Translations under genes and position numbers: made by a program | In this document: positions 25,831-36,259 of the stretch, piece by piece | Layout of the letters: the number at the start of each line of letters is the position of its first letter | Position numbering within the stretch: the stretch's first letter is position 1 | From: a virus | Lineage: Duplodnaviria > Heunggongvirae > Uroviricota > Caudoviricetes | DNA: 64,000 nt | Virus record (IMG/VR): IMGVR_UViG_2791355477_000007 | Strand: one strand, 5' to 3' | Notes under the pieces: model-generated | Told to the model about the DNA's origin: nothing | What the model saw: only the letters and a program-made list of their open reading frames with translations | Database searches by the model: none

Positions 25831-26669
25831 AAAGATTTATAGAATACATATTACTAACCATTGGTGCAATGATATCAGCCGTTGCTATTGATTTAATTTT
25901 ATCCCCCAATAATTTAGTAGATGGTGGAGTAACCGCCTTATCTATTATGGGGAATGAATTATTTGGATTGCCTGTTTATGTCTTGTTTATTAGTTTAAAC
26001 CTTCCCATTTTGTTATTTACGTCCAGAACAATGGGGAAAAAGTTTGCAATTCGCACATTATATGCAAATTTAGTTGCAACAGGCTCTATGATGTTTTTAA
26101 AACAATTCCCTCCTATTACATCTTCTGAATTATTAATTGTATTATATGGCGGTTTATTATTTGGTCTTGGTGTCGGGATTGTCGTTCGTCTTGGAGGAGC
26201 GATTGATGGTCTGGAAATGTTAGCTGTATGGGTTAATAAAAATTATGGTATTGCAGTAAGCACCATTTTATTAAGTGCTAATGCTATTATTTTAATTGCA
26301 GTAGCAATTGTATTTTCTTTAGAGCAAGCAATGTTCTCATTAGCAATCTTCTATATTGTAACGAAAATGATTGACCTTATTTTAGATGGGTTTAATCAAG
26401 GGAAATCCGTAATGATTATATCTGATAAAGCCGAAGTGATTGGACAGGAATTAATAAAAGAATTGAATCTTTCTATCACCTACCTACATGGCGAAGGTGG
26501 TTACAAAGGAGATGCAAAAAAAGTCATCTACTGTATTACAAGCAGGGTAACCTATTCGAAATTAAAAGATACAGTATTAGAAATTGACCCTTCCGCTATT
26601 TTAGAGGCTTCACATACGGCAGAAACAACAGGTGTACGAGTAAGGGAAACGAAATCAGAAGAAAAATAA
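25818..26669 (+). CDS. YitT family membrane protein
   Basis: PNNLVDGGVTALS, GGAIDGLE, C-terminal DUF2179-like GEGGY...IDP.A. Confidence 0.88.
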   Translation: MDSMKRFIEYILLTIGAMISAVAIDLILSPNNLVDGGVTALSIMGNELFGLPVYVLFISLNLPILLFTSRTMGKKFAIRTLYANLVATGSMMFLKQFPPITSSELLIVLYGGLLFGLGVGIVVRLGGAIDGLEMLAVWVNKNYGIAVSTILLSANAIILIAVAIVFSLEQAMFSLAIFYIVTKMIDLILDGFNQGKSVMIISDKAEVIGQELIKELNLSITYLHGEGGYKGDAKKVIYCITSRVTYSKLKDTVLEIDPSAILEASHTAETTGVRVRETKSEEK

Positions 26670-26812
26670 AAGATGAAGTAAAGATAGTAGAGTATATAAA
26701 CCTACTATCTTTTTTATTACAAATATGTAAGCATTCTTTTTTGATTATTTTGAACTGATTTTCACTATAATAGATTAGCTTTATAAAATACATATTGAAA
26801 TGAGGGATACCT

Positions 26813-27097
26813 ATGATTATCGAAATGCTAAACGCTAAAAACAATTTAAGAGAAGAAGTAAAAGTAGGATTTAGTTGGACAACATTTTTCTTTGGAGCAC
26901 TTGTCCCATTACTACGTGGTGACTGGAAGTGGTTCTTAATCCTTATTGTTGCAGGACTATGTACATATGGGTTTGCAGGAATTATCTTTGCCTTCTTCTA
27001 TAATAAGATTTACATTCGTGAATTAATTAGAAAAGGTTATACACCTACGTCAGAGTTAGGAAAAGAAACTTTAAAGAGTCAAGGAATTATAATGTAG
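26813..27097 (+). CDS. DUF2628-like small membrane protein
   Basis: VKVGFSWTTFFFG.L.PL.RGDWKW. Confidence 0.75.
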   Translation: MIIEMLNAKNNLREEVKVGFSWTTFFFGALVPLLRGDWKWFLILIVAGLCTYGFAGIIFAFFYNKIYIRELIRKGYTPTSELGKETLKSQGIIM

Positions 27098-27103
27098 TTT
27101 ATA

Positions 27104-27117
27104 TTGACTATAGTAAA
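27104..27117. promoter_or_regulatory. palindromic operator/-35 motif
   Basis: TTGACTATAGTAAA. Confidence 0.75.
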
Positions 27118-27156
27118 TATAAAGTAGTATACTAATCTCAGAAAGAGGTGTTCAAA

Positions 27157-27324
27157 TTGACAGAAACCGAAGCGGAAATGAAGAACATTTTAACAGATGA
27201 TAATTTATTCTATGTTTTACAACGAGCTATTAGAAAACCAGAATCTATCGGATTAAGTCAAGATGAAACCGAACAATTCATGCAAGTGTTTTCTAAAATT
27301 AAAAGAATAAGAGATGAAAAATAG
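27157..27324 (+). CDS. 55-aa hypothetical protein
   Basis: GAGGTG RBS, TTG start, directly after the palindrome promoter. Confidence 0.6.
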   Translation: MTETEAEMKNILTDDNLFYVLQRAIRKPESIGLSQDETEQFMQVFSKIKRIRDEK

Positions 27325-27407
27325 AATTCAATTTTTACGGGTAGATATGGTAACCATTCTACCTTTTTTGATAGACAATATAATACTTAGAAAGGAGATT
27401 TCATATC

Positions 27408-27704
27408 ATGAGACACATTACTTCCTCCCTTTTATATTACATATGCTATATTCCTATCCTATTATTGATGGGAGTTGATTACCTATTACGGTTCTTGTTC
27501 TTTGTTGCGGTAGGTTGGTGGAAAAGTTACTTCTTTTGCTCTCTCCGAGGTCATGACTGGTATTTTATCGGTGGTGGTTGGATTTCTTTCGAATTTGGAA
27601 ATAAAAATTCTTTTGAATGTAAATGTTGCAAGAAGCAAGTTGAAGATATTCCAGATAATGATAAATATTTAGATATGATTGTAGAAGAAAATAAACAAAT
27701 ATAA
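27408..27704 (+). CDS. membrane protein with zinc motif, paralog of 23680-23970
   Basis: CSLRGHDW ... CKCCKK. Confidence 0.65.
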   Translation: MRHITSSLLYYICYIPILLLMGVDYLLRFLFFVAVGWWKSYFFCSLRGHDWYFIGGGWISFEFGNKNSFECKCCKKQVEDIPDNDKYLDMIVEENKQI

Positions 27705-27838
27705 CGAGGTGCTTCGATATGCACAATGCAATTAACACAAGATTTAGCTAATAAAAAAACAAAAAACCACAAAGAACAAAAATTCTTTTGTGGTTTTTAT
27801 TTTATTTTTATTTTTATTTCGAGCTCACTATATTTGTA

Positions 27839-28189
27839 TTAATTTAAATGTTCATGCTCAAATACATCACTAAATTTATGTATAAACTCCTTATTACTTA
27901 TATAGTAAGTAATACAATCTTTTAAGTTTTTACAGTTTGCATATTGTTCTTTATGATTACCCTTTAGTATATAAAATACCTCTCTTTCATTATTTCCTAT
28001 TGTTATAACTAAAGCCGTTGTATCTACTCCATAATCTCTTTTTGAAGGATTATAACTGATATAATACTTTTCTTCTTTACTACTTTTTGTAATTGTGTTG
28101 TTTATACTAATTGGCATCCCATTAAAAAACTTTATCATATAAATGCACTCCTTTTTCTTTCTTCGTGTTACGTGTCTACTATTCATCAA
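27839..28189 (-). CDS. hypothetical protein (start probably ATG ~28138)
   Basis: AAGGAG RBS before MIKFF. Confidence 0.7.
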   Translation of the reverse strand: MMNSRHVTRRKKKECIYMIKFFNGMPISINNTITKSSKEEKYYISYNPSKRDYGVDTTALVITIGNNEREVFYILKGNHKEQYANCKNLKDCITYYISNKEFIHKFSDVFEHEHLN

Positions 28190-28210
28190 TTTTCACTTTA
28201 TAATTCCTTA

Positions 28211-28288
28211 TCAAATCCATATTTTTCCGTTATATACCTTCGCCTCATCACATGTATGCATTACTACTTTGTCACCTTTTTTAAGCAT
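28211..28288 (-). pseudogene. truncated gene (MLKKGDKVVMHTCDEAKVYNGKIWI*)
   Basis: strong RBS and leader motif 2 but stop after 25 codons. Confidence 0.45.
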
Positions 28289-28296
28289 CTTTCATT

Positions 28297-28352
28297 CTCC
28301 TTTTTAATGAATTTAATAAAATACCTATCTATATTTATCTCTTTATAATAGA
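28297..28352 (-). promoter_or_regulatory. conserved promoter/leader motif 2
   Basis: TCTATTATAAAGAGATAAATATAGATAGGTATTTT...AAAAAGGAG. Confidence 0.7.
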
Positions 28353-28470
28353 TATTTTTAAATTTCTTTATTCTCGTATATAATGAAATTACAAATTAAA
28401 AGCTCTAATACTATTAGAAAAAGAATAAAAAGCAAAGAACTACTCTCTGCTTTTTACATACTTTATCTAA

Positions 28471-28785
28471 CTATTTTTTATGTCCCGTATTTCTTTTTGC
28501 ATGTTCTATTGACCATTGTAGCTCATCAGCATAGATTCTTGTATGAGTTTGGATTGTTCTTCCATCATAGTTTTCATGTGCAAAATCTAAGAAATCACGA
28601 ATTCCTTTCAATCTCTCTTCCATTACCTCCAGTTTTTCATCCTCTAAAAGCTCATCAAACTTTAATTCTCTACCCCATAATTCTCTATCCTCTTCTCTAC
28701 GTTTTATGAATTCCCGCTTCATTTCATCCCTATCCGAAAATCTTTCAAGAATTACACCGTTTTTAACAATTCCGTATTTTTTCAT
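28471..28785 (-). CDS. hypothetical protein
   Basis: ORF with RBS. Confidence 0.7.
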   Translation of the reverse strand: MKKYGIVKNGVILERFSDRDEMKREFIKRREEDRELWGRELKFDELLEDEKLEVMEERLKGIRDFLDFAHENYDGRTIQTHTRIYADELQWSIEHAKRNTGHKK

Positions 28786-28828
28786 TATAAACTGTCCCTT
28801 TCTTTTCTAAGTTATATTCATAACTCTG

Positions 28829-29293
28829 TTAATTATTAATAGCCTCTCGAATCATTTCCGCATTATTCTTATACCATTCAGATTCTACAAATCCATGTTT
28901 TTTATAGAACTTCTTCAATACTCTTTTCCCTACGCCGAATTTAGGGTCAATATTTAAAGATAGTTTGAATCCATGTGTATCTGCAATGCGAGTTAACTCT
29001 TCCATCATTTGAGTCCCTAATCCTTGTCTTCTCTTCTCAGTAGGAACACCAATAAAAGCAATAAATATATGTTCATCATTAATCTCATGTATTTCAAACT
29101 TAGAACCTGTTTGAGATTGAATTAAAAACTTCCCCATATACAAGTAGTTGTAATTGAATCTCAATTCATTGATAAGGAGATTATTAGATTGACTCTCAAC
29201 AAAGATACCATTCATCGCTTGTTCAAATTCTTTCTCTCTCTGTTTCTCCAATCGCTCCAAATCTTCTTTTGAAATACTTGCAAAATCAATCAT
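28829..29293 (-). CDS. GNAT family acetyltransferase
   Basis: V..E.RRQGLGT motif A, FYKKHGF. Confidence 0.8.
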   Translation of the reverse strand: MIDFASISKEDLERLEKQREKEFEQAMNGIFVESQSNNLLINELRFNYNYLYMGKFLIQSQTGSKFEIHEINDEHIFIAFIGVPTEKRRQGLGTQMMEELTRIADTHGFKLSLNIDPKFGVGKRVLKKFYKKHGFVESEWYKNNAEMIREAINN

Positions 29294-29386
29294 TCTCTAT
29301 TCTCCTTTATATAAAAAAGAGCAAATGTTATATACGCTCTTTCATTGTTTTTGTACACATAATCAGCTATTTAATCTCAATCTTAC

Positions 29387-29689
29387 TTAATCCTCTGTAC
29401 TTTTTTCTCCTTCAATGATAAATGGTGCATACTGAGAAATATATACCTTTTTACCAATACGATATTTTAATTCTCCATCCATAATTTCATAATCATCAAT
29501 TTTAAGTTCTTTTACTACTTCAGCATTGTTATTCAAAAATTGTAATTTTACATCCTTTTCTGGCAACCCACACAGCCACTTAATAAAAATACTGTTCCTA
29601 ATGCAATCAATGTTTTCTTCATTATTATTCCCATCTTTCTTTGTTCGTATAGTTCTATCAATCTCTCTAAAAAACTGCACTCTCTTCAT
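29387..29689 (-). CDS. hypothetical protein
   Basis: ORF. Confidence 0.6.
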   Translation of the reverse strand: MKRVQFFREIDRTIRTKKDGNNNEENIDCIRNSIFIKWLCGLPEKDVKLQFLNNNAEVVKELKIDDYEIMDGELKYRIGKKVYISQYAPFIIEGEKSTED

Positions 29690-29717
29690 ATATAGAAGAG
29701 AAATGCAGTTAGATAGA

Positions 29718-30362
29718 TTATTTTACAGCTTGGAAATCATCCATTAGATATTTCCCAATTTTGATACTTTCATCTTTTGTAGCAAATAAATGAAAGCTTC
29801 TTTCTGAGAAATTAAATTCCCCTGCAAAACCAATTGCACATCCATTTGTAACTAACTGTCCTTGTTTAATGTCATTTTCCATTCGATATATATTCATTTG
29901 AATCGCAAGTAAAACTGAATCTCGCCAACTATTGTTTTTTCCTCTGTATACTTCTCTTGCTCGCATATATTCTTCATCTTTTCTTAATGTCTTAGAAGGT
30001 TTTTCGCTCACTAAGGCTTCAATGATTGAAGACACATTCCAATCTTCTTTTTTCTTTCGTGCCCAGGCTACAACAACCTCTTGTTCTTCTAAAATTATTG
30101 GTACAATATTTATAACTTCCACTGCTTCTGCTTCACTAACATCTTTCATAAAGCCTGTAGAATCTCCATTAATAATTTCCCATTTTACTTCATCTTTTTC
30201 TATCTCACTAAAGATAGTTTCTAAATCATCCTGCTCTGCATCAGATTGAGCCATTTCTTCAATCGTCATCCCTTTGTCATAACACTCAGGGTTTGGTACG
30301 TATTCTGTTACCATTGTTCGAATTAACCTAATTTTCTTAGTCATTTCTATCTCCCTTTTCAA
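29718..30362 (-). CDS. two-domain hypothetical protein; C-terminal part paralogous to 39481-39909
   Basis: DIK.G.LVTNG..IGFA motif. Confidence 0.75.
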   Translation of the reverse strand: MKREIEMTKKIRLIRTMVTEYVPNPECYDKGMTIEEMAQSDAEQDDLETIFSEIEKDEVKWEIINGDSTGFMKDVSEAEAVEVINIVPIILEEQEVVVAWARKKKEDWNVSSIIEALVSEKPSKTLRKDEEYMRAREVYRGKNNSWRDSVLLAIQMNIYRMENDIKQGQLVTNGCAIGFAGEFNFSERSFHLFATKDESIKIGKYLMDDFQAVK

Positions 30363-30400
30363 TTTTATTTATATAAACGGAAATAACGCTATATTTATCA

Positions 30401-30814
30401 TTACTTTTTATATTTTGTAATGAGTTTATTTACCTTTTCTGCTATAGTTACATCCGAATAGAATCGCATTTCATTATAATTACGAGGATTCGGATTATCC
30501 TCTTCACTCGATTGACAACCTTCACGATTGAATTGATGTTGCATGTTTTCTTCAGAGCACCATTTTAAACCGCCCCATGATACCCAAGCGTTATCAGAAA
30601 CACTGACACTGGCTTGTCCTATAGAGGTAAGCTCATTATGTTGTCGTAAGATTTGCAAGTATTCCTCAAGCTGTCTTTCCCATGATTCATAAGAATTACC
30701 AAACATTATTACCTTTTCTTTTGAAAATTGAACCCTTACGATTTTATCTTTTTGTTTTCTGGCCATTTTGATTACCTCTTTTCCTTTTTTATTAACAGAT
30801 AAAAAAGAGTGCAA
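30401..30814 (-). CDS. hypothetical protein
   Basis: ORF; internal RBS before MARKQ. Confidence 0.7.
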   Translation of the reverse strand: MHSFLSVNKKGKEVIKMARKQKDKIVRVQFSKEKVIMFGNSYESWERQLEEYLQILRQHNELTSIGQASVSVSDNAWVSWGGLKWCSEENMQHQFNREGCQSSEEDNPNPRNYNEMRFYSDVTIAEKVNKLITKYKK

Positions 30815-30840
30815 TCATCACACTCTTTTCATTTGTTTAT

Positions 30841-31608
30841 CTACTTAGTTAATGCAGATTTCTGAAATTTATTTTCAAGATTAATCCAAAACTCTTTCTT
30901 TATAGCAAGAGCAATTTCAAGTTTCTCTGCAACTTCCTCTGTAATGCGAGTTTCTGCACTTAAGATTTTTAATAAATTTTTAACAGGAATTCCAGTTACA
31001 GTTTCTAAATCCATTAGAGAAATATTTCTATCCATCATTACCTCCGCTAACGATTCCACAGGTTGAACACAACCTATAAATCTTTTAGCTTCTTCTAAAT
31101 GCCACTGAATAACGTGCTCATATTTCTCACCAACATAGCCTATTACATACGTACTAAATTCCGTTGCATCAGCTCTTAAATATCCCATCTCCTTTGCCTT
31201 GTTAATAATCATGTCCCTAACTAATAAAGGAATACGACTGCCCCAATTTAAAGCGTATAATCCACTATATCCATGAATTCCATTTGATGGTTCTCCTGTC
31301 TTAATCCACTCTTTAAAATCACTAACAAGACCCCACATTGTTCCACCAGAAGAAAATCCTCGATGTTTACTTGCAGGATGGAAAGATACTCTTTCTTCCG
31401 TATAATTATCAATGTAATAAATATTTCTTCCCTCTAAAACAAACGATGCATAGTGATTTTGTGTTCCTTTACTTGATTCAGTCGAAAAGAACATTGCACT
31501 ACTTTTTTCTGTGCAAGCCATATCAACATCTGCAATAAATTTAATTAATTCATTTACCATTTCTACTCTTTCTAATTTTTGGTCGTTTACCTTTACCATA
31601 ACAAACAT
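30841..31608 (-). CDS. protein with C-terminal HigA-like XRE HTH domain
   Basis: RITEEVAEKLEIALAIKKEFWINLE. Confidence 0.7.
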   Translation of the reverse strand: MFVMVKVNDQKLERVEMVNELIKFIADVDMACTEKSSAMFFSTESSKGTQNHYASFVLEGRNIYYIDNYTEERVSFHPASKHRGFSSGGTMWGLVSDFKEWIKTGEPSNGIHGYSGLYALNWGSRIPLLVRDMIINKAKEMGYLRADATEFSTYVIGYVGEKYEHVIQWHLEEAKRFIGCVQPVESLAEVMMDRNISLMDLETVTGIPVKNLLKILSAETRITEEVAEKLEIALAIKKEFWINLENKFQKSALTK

Positions 31609-31644
31609 CCTCTCAAATTAATTTATCCTATTGATTTATTTTAT

Positions 31645-31977
31645 TTACTGTTTAATTAATGGAGTAAAGTTATCCATTGAACATGTACCCAGACTTATTG
31701 CTTTTCCTTTTGAAGCAAATAATTCAAATGTCTTGTTCTCATCATTAATGTTTTCTGCAAATCCAACAATTGAGCCATTTGTTACAATTTGACCTTCAGT
31801 AAAACTAAAAGTACGTACAGCCTTTTCAAATTTGCTATAGTATGTATATAACGGATGGTCTTCCGCTACCATTTCAAACCCTTTCTTTTTCATTTCCTCG
31901 GAATGTAAATCTCTTTCCTCTGGAGAGTCATAGGTATATTCCCTCACATAAAAAATATCTTCATAGATACGTTCCAT
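31645..31977 (-). CDS. hypothetical protein sharing C-terminal domain with 29718 and 39481
   Basis: EGQIVTNGSIVGFA. Confidence 0.7.
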   Translation of the reverse strand: MERIYEDIFYVREYTYDSPEERDLHSEEMKKKGFEMVAEDHPLYTYYSKFEKAVRTFSFTEGQIVTNGSIVGFAENINDENKTFELFASKGKAISLGTCSMDNFTPLIKQ

Positions 31978-31985
31978 TTAAAACA

Positions 31986-32040
31986 TCCTCTCAAATTAAT
32001 TAGTATTAATACCTTGTTTTTCATATCTATTTATTATAGA
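31986..32040 (-). promoter_or_regulatory. conserved promoter/leader motif 2 (degenerate)
   Basis: TCTATAATAAATAGATATGAAAAACAAGGTATT. Confidence 0.55.
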
Positions 32041-32089
32041 TATACGTGGCATTAAAAATTACGCAAAAAATATAGCGGAATAACTATTC

Positions 32090-32353
32090 TTAATTTGAAT
32101 ACATATCTATAAAGCTACACATAATGTTTCGACTCTTAATAACTGAGCTATTCTCTGGTCCGCAAAGTAATATCCCTGTTTTTTCATGTATTGCTTTCAA
32201 ACATAGTAATGAACTACTGACACGAACACCTTTTGTTTCCCATTTATCATAGGTATAAAAGAGAAAGCCTTTGTACGTAAAATCCATTACATTTAATGTC
32301 TTTGCTTCGGAATCTATAACTAATACCTTTTCCTCATCTATGCCATACAGCAA
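32090..32353 (-). CDS. hypothetical protein
   Basis: operon ORF. Confidence 0.6.
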   Translation of the reverse strand: MLYGIDEEKVLVIDSEAKTLNVMDFTYKGFLFYTYDKWETKGVRVSSSLLCLKAIHEKTGILLCGPENSSVIKSRNIMCSFIDMYSN

Positions 32354-33378
32354 CTTAGGTCAACCCCTAACAACATTCGTAATACTTCTTCTACTTGCAA
32401 TAAATCAACTAAACTTGCTTTACTATCATGAGTCTCAATTGTTCCATCCAAATAAAACTCATAAATAATTCCGTCCTTTTCAATAAACAAAACTTCATCT
32501 TTAATCGAACAGTTGAATTCATTTCTTTCAAATACTTGCTTGAAATCTATAAAGTCAAATTTATCTAATTTCCAAATCAAAAACTCTTTTTTCGAAAAAT
32601 CCCCTTGATACACAATGACCCTACTTTTTGTTTCTGCTAAACATTTACTTCCGTAGCAAATCTCTTCATCTTTCTTTTTGAAAATTTGATATACCTTAGA
32701 AGACTCCCATTCTCTATAACGAGTATGTATCTGAAGCTCCTTCAAATTATTAGCAATTACTAAAAGTTCTGCTCTTGCCCTATGAATCGTTTCTTCACTT
32801 TTAGCTTTCTCATATGCATCTTGATATTTTGATAAGTTCATTTCTAAAGAAGACTTTCGTTTCTCCAGTTCTTGTTTTTTCTCCACGAGAGATTTTAGTT
32901 CATTTGCAGTTGTTTTAAGTAGTCGTTTTGGAAATCCTTCTAATTTCTTTTGATGTTTATCCATTTCTTTTAGCTGATATTTGAAATAAGCTCCTTCTGT
33001 TTTTGTTTGAAGTATATTTGCAGGTAATACTGTATATTGACTACAAAACGAATTATATATATGTAGTTCTGAACTTCCCAAATGCAGAAAGCCAATAACT
33101 TCATCCTCTACATACAAATAGATGACCACTTCAAAACTACCATGCATACCAAAACGAAAAACACTATTTGAAGGAATTATATGTTTGTTTAAATAATCCT
33201 CAATATCTTTGGTAATAACCATTTTGTTCGAATGACTTAATACTCTCCACAATTTTTCATTCTTTATAAATTCCAAACAATTTTCTATGCTTTTATCTTT
33301 TAATAGAAGAGTTGCTTCATTTATCAATGTTCTTGAGCTTTCTACAAGTTCATCAAGTTCTTGTTTTTTACCTAACAT
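32338..33378 (-). CDS. hypothetical protein with central coiled coil
   Basis: 346-aa ORF, GGAGGTG RBS. Confidence 0.8.
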   Translation of the reverse strand: MLGKKQELDELVESSRTLINEATLLLKDKSIENCLEFIKNEKLWRVLSHSNKMVITKDIEDYLNKHIIPSNSVFRFGMHGSFEVVIYLYVEDEVIGFLHLGSSELHIYNSFCSQYTVLPANILQTKTEGAYFKYQLKEMDKHQKKLEGFPKRLLKTTANELKSLVEKKQELEKRKSSLEMNLSKYQDAYEKAKSEETIHRARAELLVIANNLKELQIHTRYREWESSKVYQIFKKKDEEICYGSKCLAETKSRVIVYQGDFSKKEFLIWKLDKFDFIDFKQVFERNEFNCSIKDEVLFIEKDGIIYEFYLDGTIETHDSKASLVDLLQVEEVLRMLLGVDLSCCMA

Positions 33379-33896
33379 GTTGTATCACCTCCATTATTTC
33401 CTTGCTTCTTATTCTTTTTATTCCAATGAAATAATTTATATATCCCACTTGCGAGTACAGAGAAGACATTGTAAGTGACTTGATATGGTGTATGAGCATC
33501 TAAAAACATAGGATATTCTCCTGCTTTATCAGGGTAATTTTTCTTTACGAATTTTATGTATCCATCCATTCTTAAGTAATGTAATACAAATGTTGTCGTC
33601 AATAACTCTTCAAAAAAACCACTTAGCTCAATGTACAAACCCCTATCAACAATCTGAAATCCTGAACGCCTAAATCTATATGGTCTTTGATACATTTCAC
33701 GTTTCTCTAACTTCTGTATCTTTGATTTAGGAATAAGAATGACAATATACTCAGATTTTCGAATCACATTCCCTTCCCAATCCATCGCTCCATCATGTCT
33801 TTCTCTTATAACCTTTGATACATAGCACTCGTTTTTCCCTTTAATGACAAATTTGTTTTTTCCAAATATAGAGCCCATTTCTGCCGATATCATCAT
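33372..33896 (-). CDS. hypothetical protein
   Basis: ORF with RBS. Confidence 0.7.
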   Translation of the reverse strand: MMISAEMGSIFGKNKFVIKGKNECYVSKVIRERHDGAMDWEGNVIRKSEYIVILIPKSKIQKLEKREMYQRPYRFRRSGFQIVDRGLYIELSGFFEELLTTTFVLHYLRMDGYIKFVKKNYPDKAGEYPMFLDAHTPYQVTYNVFSVLASGIYKLFHWNKKNKKQGNNGGDTTC

Positions 33897-33960
33897 TCAC
33901 TCACCTCAATCAAAATAGTTACCGAACTTCATTTATCTATAGTTAATATTATTTCATTCA

Positions 33961-33974
33961 TTTACTATAGTCAA
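33961..33974. promoter_or_regulatory. palindromic operator/-35 motif between divergent genes
   Basis: TTTACTATAGTCAA. Confidence 0.7.
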
Positions 33975-33984
33975 TTATTTTATT

Positions 33985-34464
33985 TTGTGTATAATAATGA
34001 TTATGACTTACTATTTTGAAGTAATGGAAAGGGGAAAGAAAATGGCTTTACAAACAAACGCTGAAGAAACAGATTGGTTACATAGACAAAACAACATCCT
34101 TCTCGATATAGAAAGTAACCCCTCTTCTTATTCTGATGCACAAATAAAGAATTTTTTTGATATATTTTACAATACGGTTTGCTCTTGGCAACTAAAATAT
34201 CCAACGCAACATTTAATGATGTTTTGGGCGATTGGTGCAGATTATGATGGGTTTATTGCAGGAAATAACCATTCTTTCATTGGTTTGTATCGAGAATTAA
34301 TGGATATGGTTAAAGATGGTGATATGACAAAACCAATTAGAGCAGTTTCGAATAACCAATTAATTGAAATCCATGAAGATGGAACCAAAATTGTAGTTGA
34401 CTCAAACTACGAGGAAAAAGAAAGAAAAAACAAAAAAGAAAGGATGATGCAGAATGAAGCGTAA
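33985..34464 (+). CDS. hypothetical protein (start probably ATG 34042)
   Basis: RBS before MALQT. Confidence 0.7.
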   Translation: MCIIMIMTYYFEVMERGKKMALQTNAEETDWLHRQNNILLDIESNPSSYSDAQIKNFFDIFYNTVCSWQLKYPTQHLMMFWAIGADYDGFIAGNNHSFIGLYRELMDMVKDGDMTKPIRAVSNNQLIEIHEDGTKIVVDSNYEEKERKNKKERMMQNEA

Positions 34465-34846
34465 AGATTCGATTAATAGATTAAAAGAAATTAAAAGTGA
34501 ATTAGAAAAGAAACTATCCCAACTTGATAAGGATTCTTCCTCATATCAAATGCTTAAAAATAAAATTGGACATTTTTCAGAGGCAATTGATTTGCTAAAT
34601 GTGTACTTCGATTCAAACGGTGTGTCAACCGCTACGATGATTCAAACAATACAAGTTGGGCAAATTGCACAGTGTATGAATAGCCCACGCACAAATGAAT
34701 TAGACTTATGTCCTGCATATAACAATGCTTATTGTGTGAAGAAATATGAGGATGGTTCTATTCGATGGTTATTTGGCAAAAAAAGAACACTAAGAATGAC
34801 ACCTTTTGTGGTAGATAATGCTTTGTGGGTTTTACAAAAACAATAA
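34454..34846 (+). CDS. hypothetical protein
   Basis: operon ORF. Confidence 0.7.
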   Translation: MKRKDSINRLKEIKSELEKKLSQLDKDSSSYQMLKNKIGHFSEAIDLLNVYFDSNGVSTATMIQTIQVGQIAQCMNSPRTNELDLCPAYNNAYCVKKYEDGSIRWLFGKKRTLRMTPFVVDNALWVLQKQ

Positions 34847-34870
34847 AGTATCTAATAGGAGGACAAGCAT

Positions 34871-35287
34871 ATGGATTTACAGGTAGAAGATGCTATATTA
34901 TTTGACGCTATTTTTAGGGAACTAACAAATAATCCCTTTGTTAAAAAAAAAGTCATCTTAGAAATTTCTCAACCAATTATTTGGGAGTTGAATTATAAAA
35001 ATGAAACGTATTTGGTTTATCTTTTACAAGACAATTCAAAACAAAGTAGCTTTGGAGTAATAACCATTCGAGAATTATTATTCAGCGAAGTAAATGAGAC
35101 TACTGTTTCTAAGTTAATGAACTCTGAGATACCCATATCTGATGCTTTCTTTAACTCGAATAATATATGGAGGATTGGGAAAATTGATAGTAAACTATAT
35201 CCGAGAAAAACATTAAAAAGCTATAAGGAAATAAAAGATAGATTCCCAAGGCAGGGAATATCTTTAAAAGATGTACAGAGCATATAA
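34871..35287 (+). CDS. hypothetical protein
   Basis: AGGAGG RBS. Confidence 0.75.
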   Translation: MDLQVEDAILFDAIFRELTNNPFVKKKVILEISQPIIWELNYKNETYLVYLLQDNSKQSSFGVITIRELLFSEVNETTVSKLMNSEIPISDAFFNSNNIWRIGKIDSKLYPRKTLKSYKEIKDRFPRQGISLKDVQSI

Positions 35288-35319
35288 AAAAGATGACTAT
35301 TTATAAGTCATCTTTTTTG

Positions 35320-35592
35320 TTATATTCCTTTCCTTTGTGCTTCGTAAAATCTTTCATAAAAATTATCTGGTGTTACAGGAATGAAGAATCTCTCGTAATA
35401 TATAGGGGATAGCATATCCAAAGAAAATGAGTCTAAATTCCCTAACTCATTTCGAACATACATATATTTTTTCGTTACTTTTTCAATCGCATATTCCTTG
35501 TCATATTCAAACAAAAGGATTTCCGCATTCTCTCTCATTCTCATTGTTGTACGAACGTGCGTTATTTCAACGCCCCTGAAGTCTTTCATCAT
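35320..35592 (-). CDS. hypothetical protein
   Basis: operon ORF. Confidence 0.65.
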   Translation of the reverse strand: MMKDFRGVEITHVRTTMRMRENAEILLFEYDKEYAIEKVTKKYMYVRNELGNLDSFSLDMLSPIYYERFFIPVTPDNFYERFYEAQRKGI

Positions 35593-35596
35593 ACAG

Positions 35597-35848
35597 CTAA
35601 ATCTCCTCTTTCTTTACCTGCTTATCTTTCATATTCTTAAGTTCTAAATCGCTGAAATATCCTCCGCAATCAGGACACCAAGACTTAGGTGGATTAGATG
35701 CATATCCATGCTCTAAACGTAGATGACTACATTTATCCTCTCGCTCTTTTCGGATTCTTCCTAACTCTCCATTTCTAAACTCTTTGCCACAATCCAAACA
35801 TTGAGGGTATCCTTTTGCAAGCGAAATTGCGTTATGATAACATTCCAT
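35597..35848 (-). CDS. small zinc-finger protein
   Basis: two C.H...CxxCG repeats. Confidence 0.7.
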   Translation of the reverse strand: MECYHNAISLAKGYPQCLDCGKEFRNGELGRIRKEREDKCSHLRLEHGYASNPPKSWCPDCGGYFSDLELKNMKDKQVKKEEI

Positions 35849-35872
35849 GAATTCTATCTCTCCCTTTATTAT

Positions 35873-36208
35873 CTATTGTTGTTTTTCTATTAATTCCATT
35901 AAGCCCTCTTTCCGTAAGAAGACCTGCATGTAATCAATCGTATGTAATAGCTTATTAAGCAACTCTACATCTTTTGGTAAATCCATAATCATCCAATCTT
36001 CATATAAGGTGCTGTTTGATACCCTACACTTTTCTATGCATTCCTCATAATACTTTTCAACGTCTTTCTTATTACCTAATTGATGACGAGTAAAGAAGTT
36101 TCTATCAAACAGAATGGCAGGTTCTTTCATTTCAAACAGAACCTCTCCCCTTTCATCAAACAAATATATACTTCCGTATTTCTCAGCATATTCATACATA
36201 ATTATCAA
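35873..36208 (-). CDS. hypothetical protein
   Basis: operon ORF. Confidence 0.7.
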   Translation of the reverse strand: MIIMYEYAEKYGSIYLFDERGEVLFEMKEPAILFDRNFFTRHQLGNKKDVEKYYEECIEKCRVSNSTLYEDWMIMDLPKDVELLNKLLHTIDYMQVFLRKEGLMELIEKQQ

Positions 36209-36259
36209 ACCCCTTTCATTTTTTATTCAGTAATATGTATTAATAAACATACAAATCCA

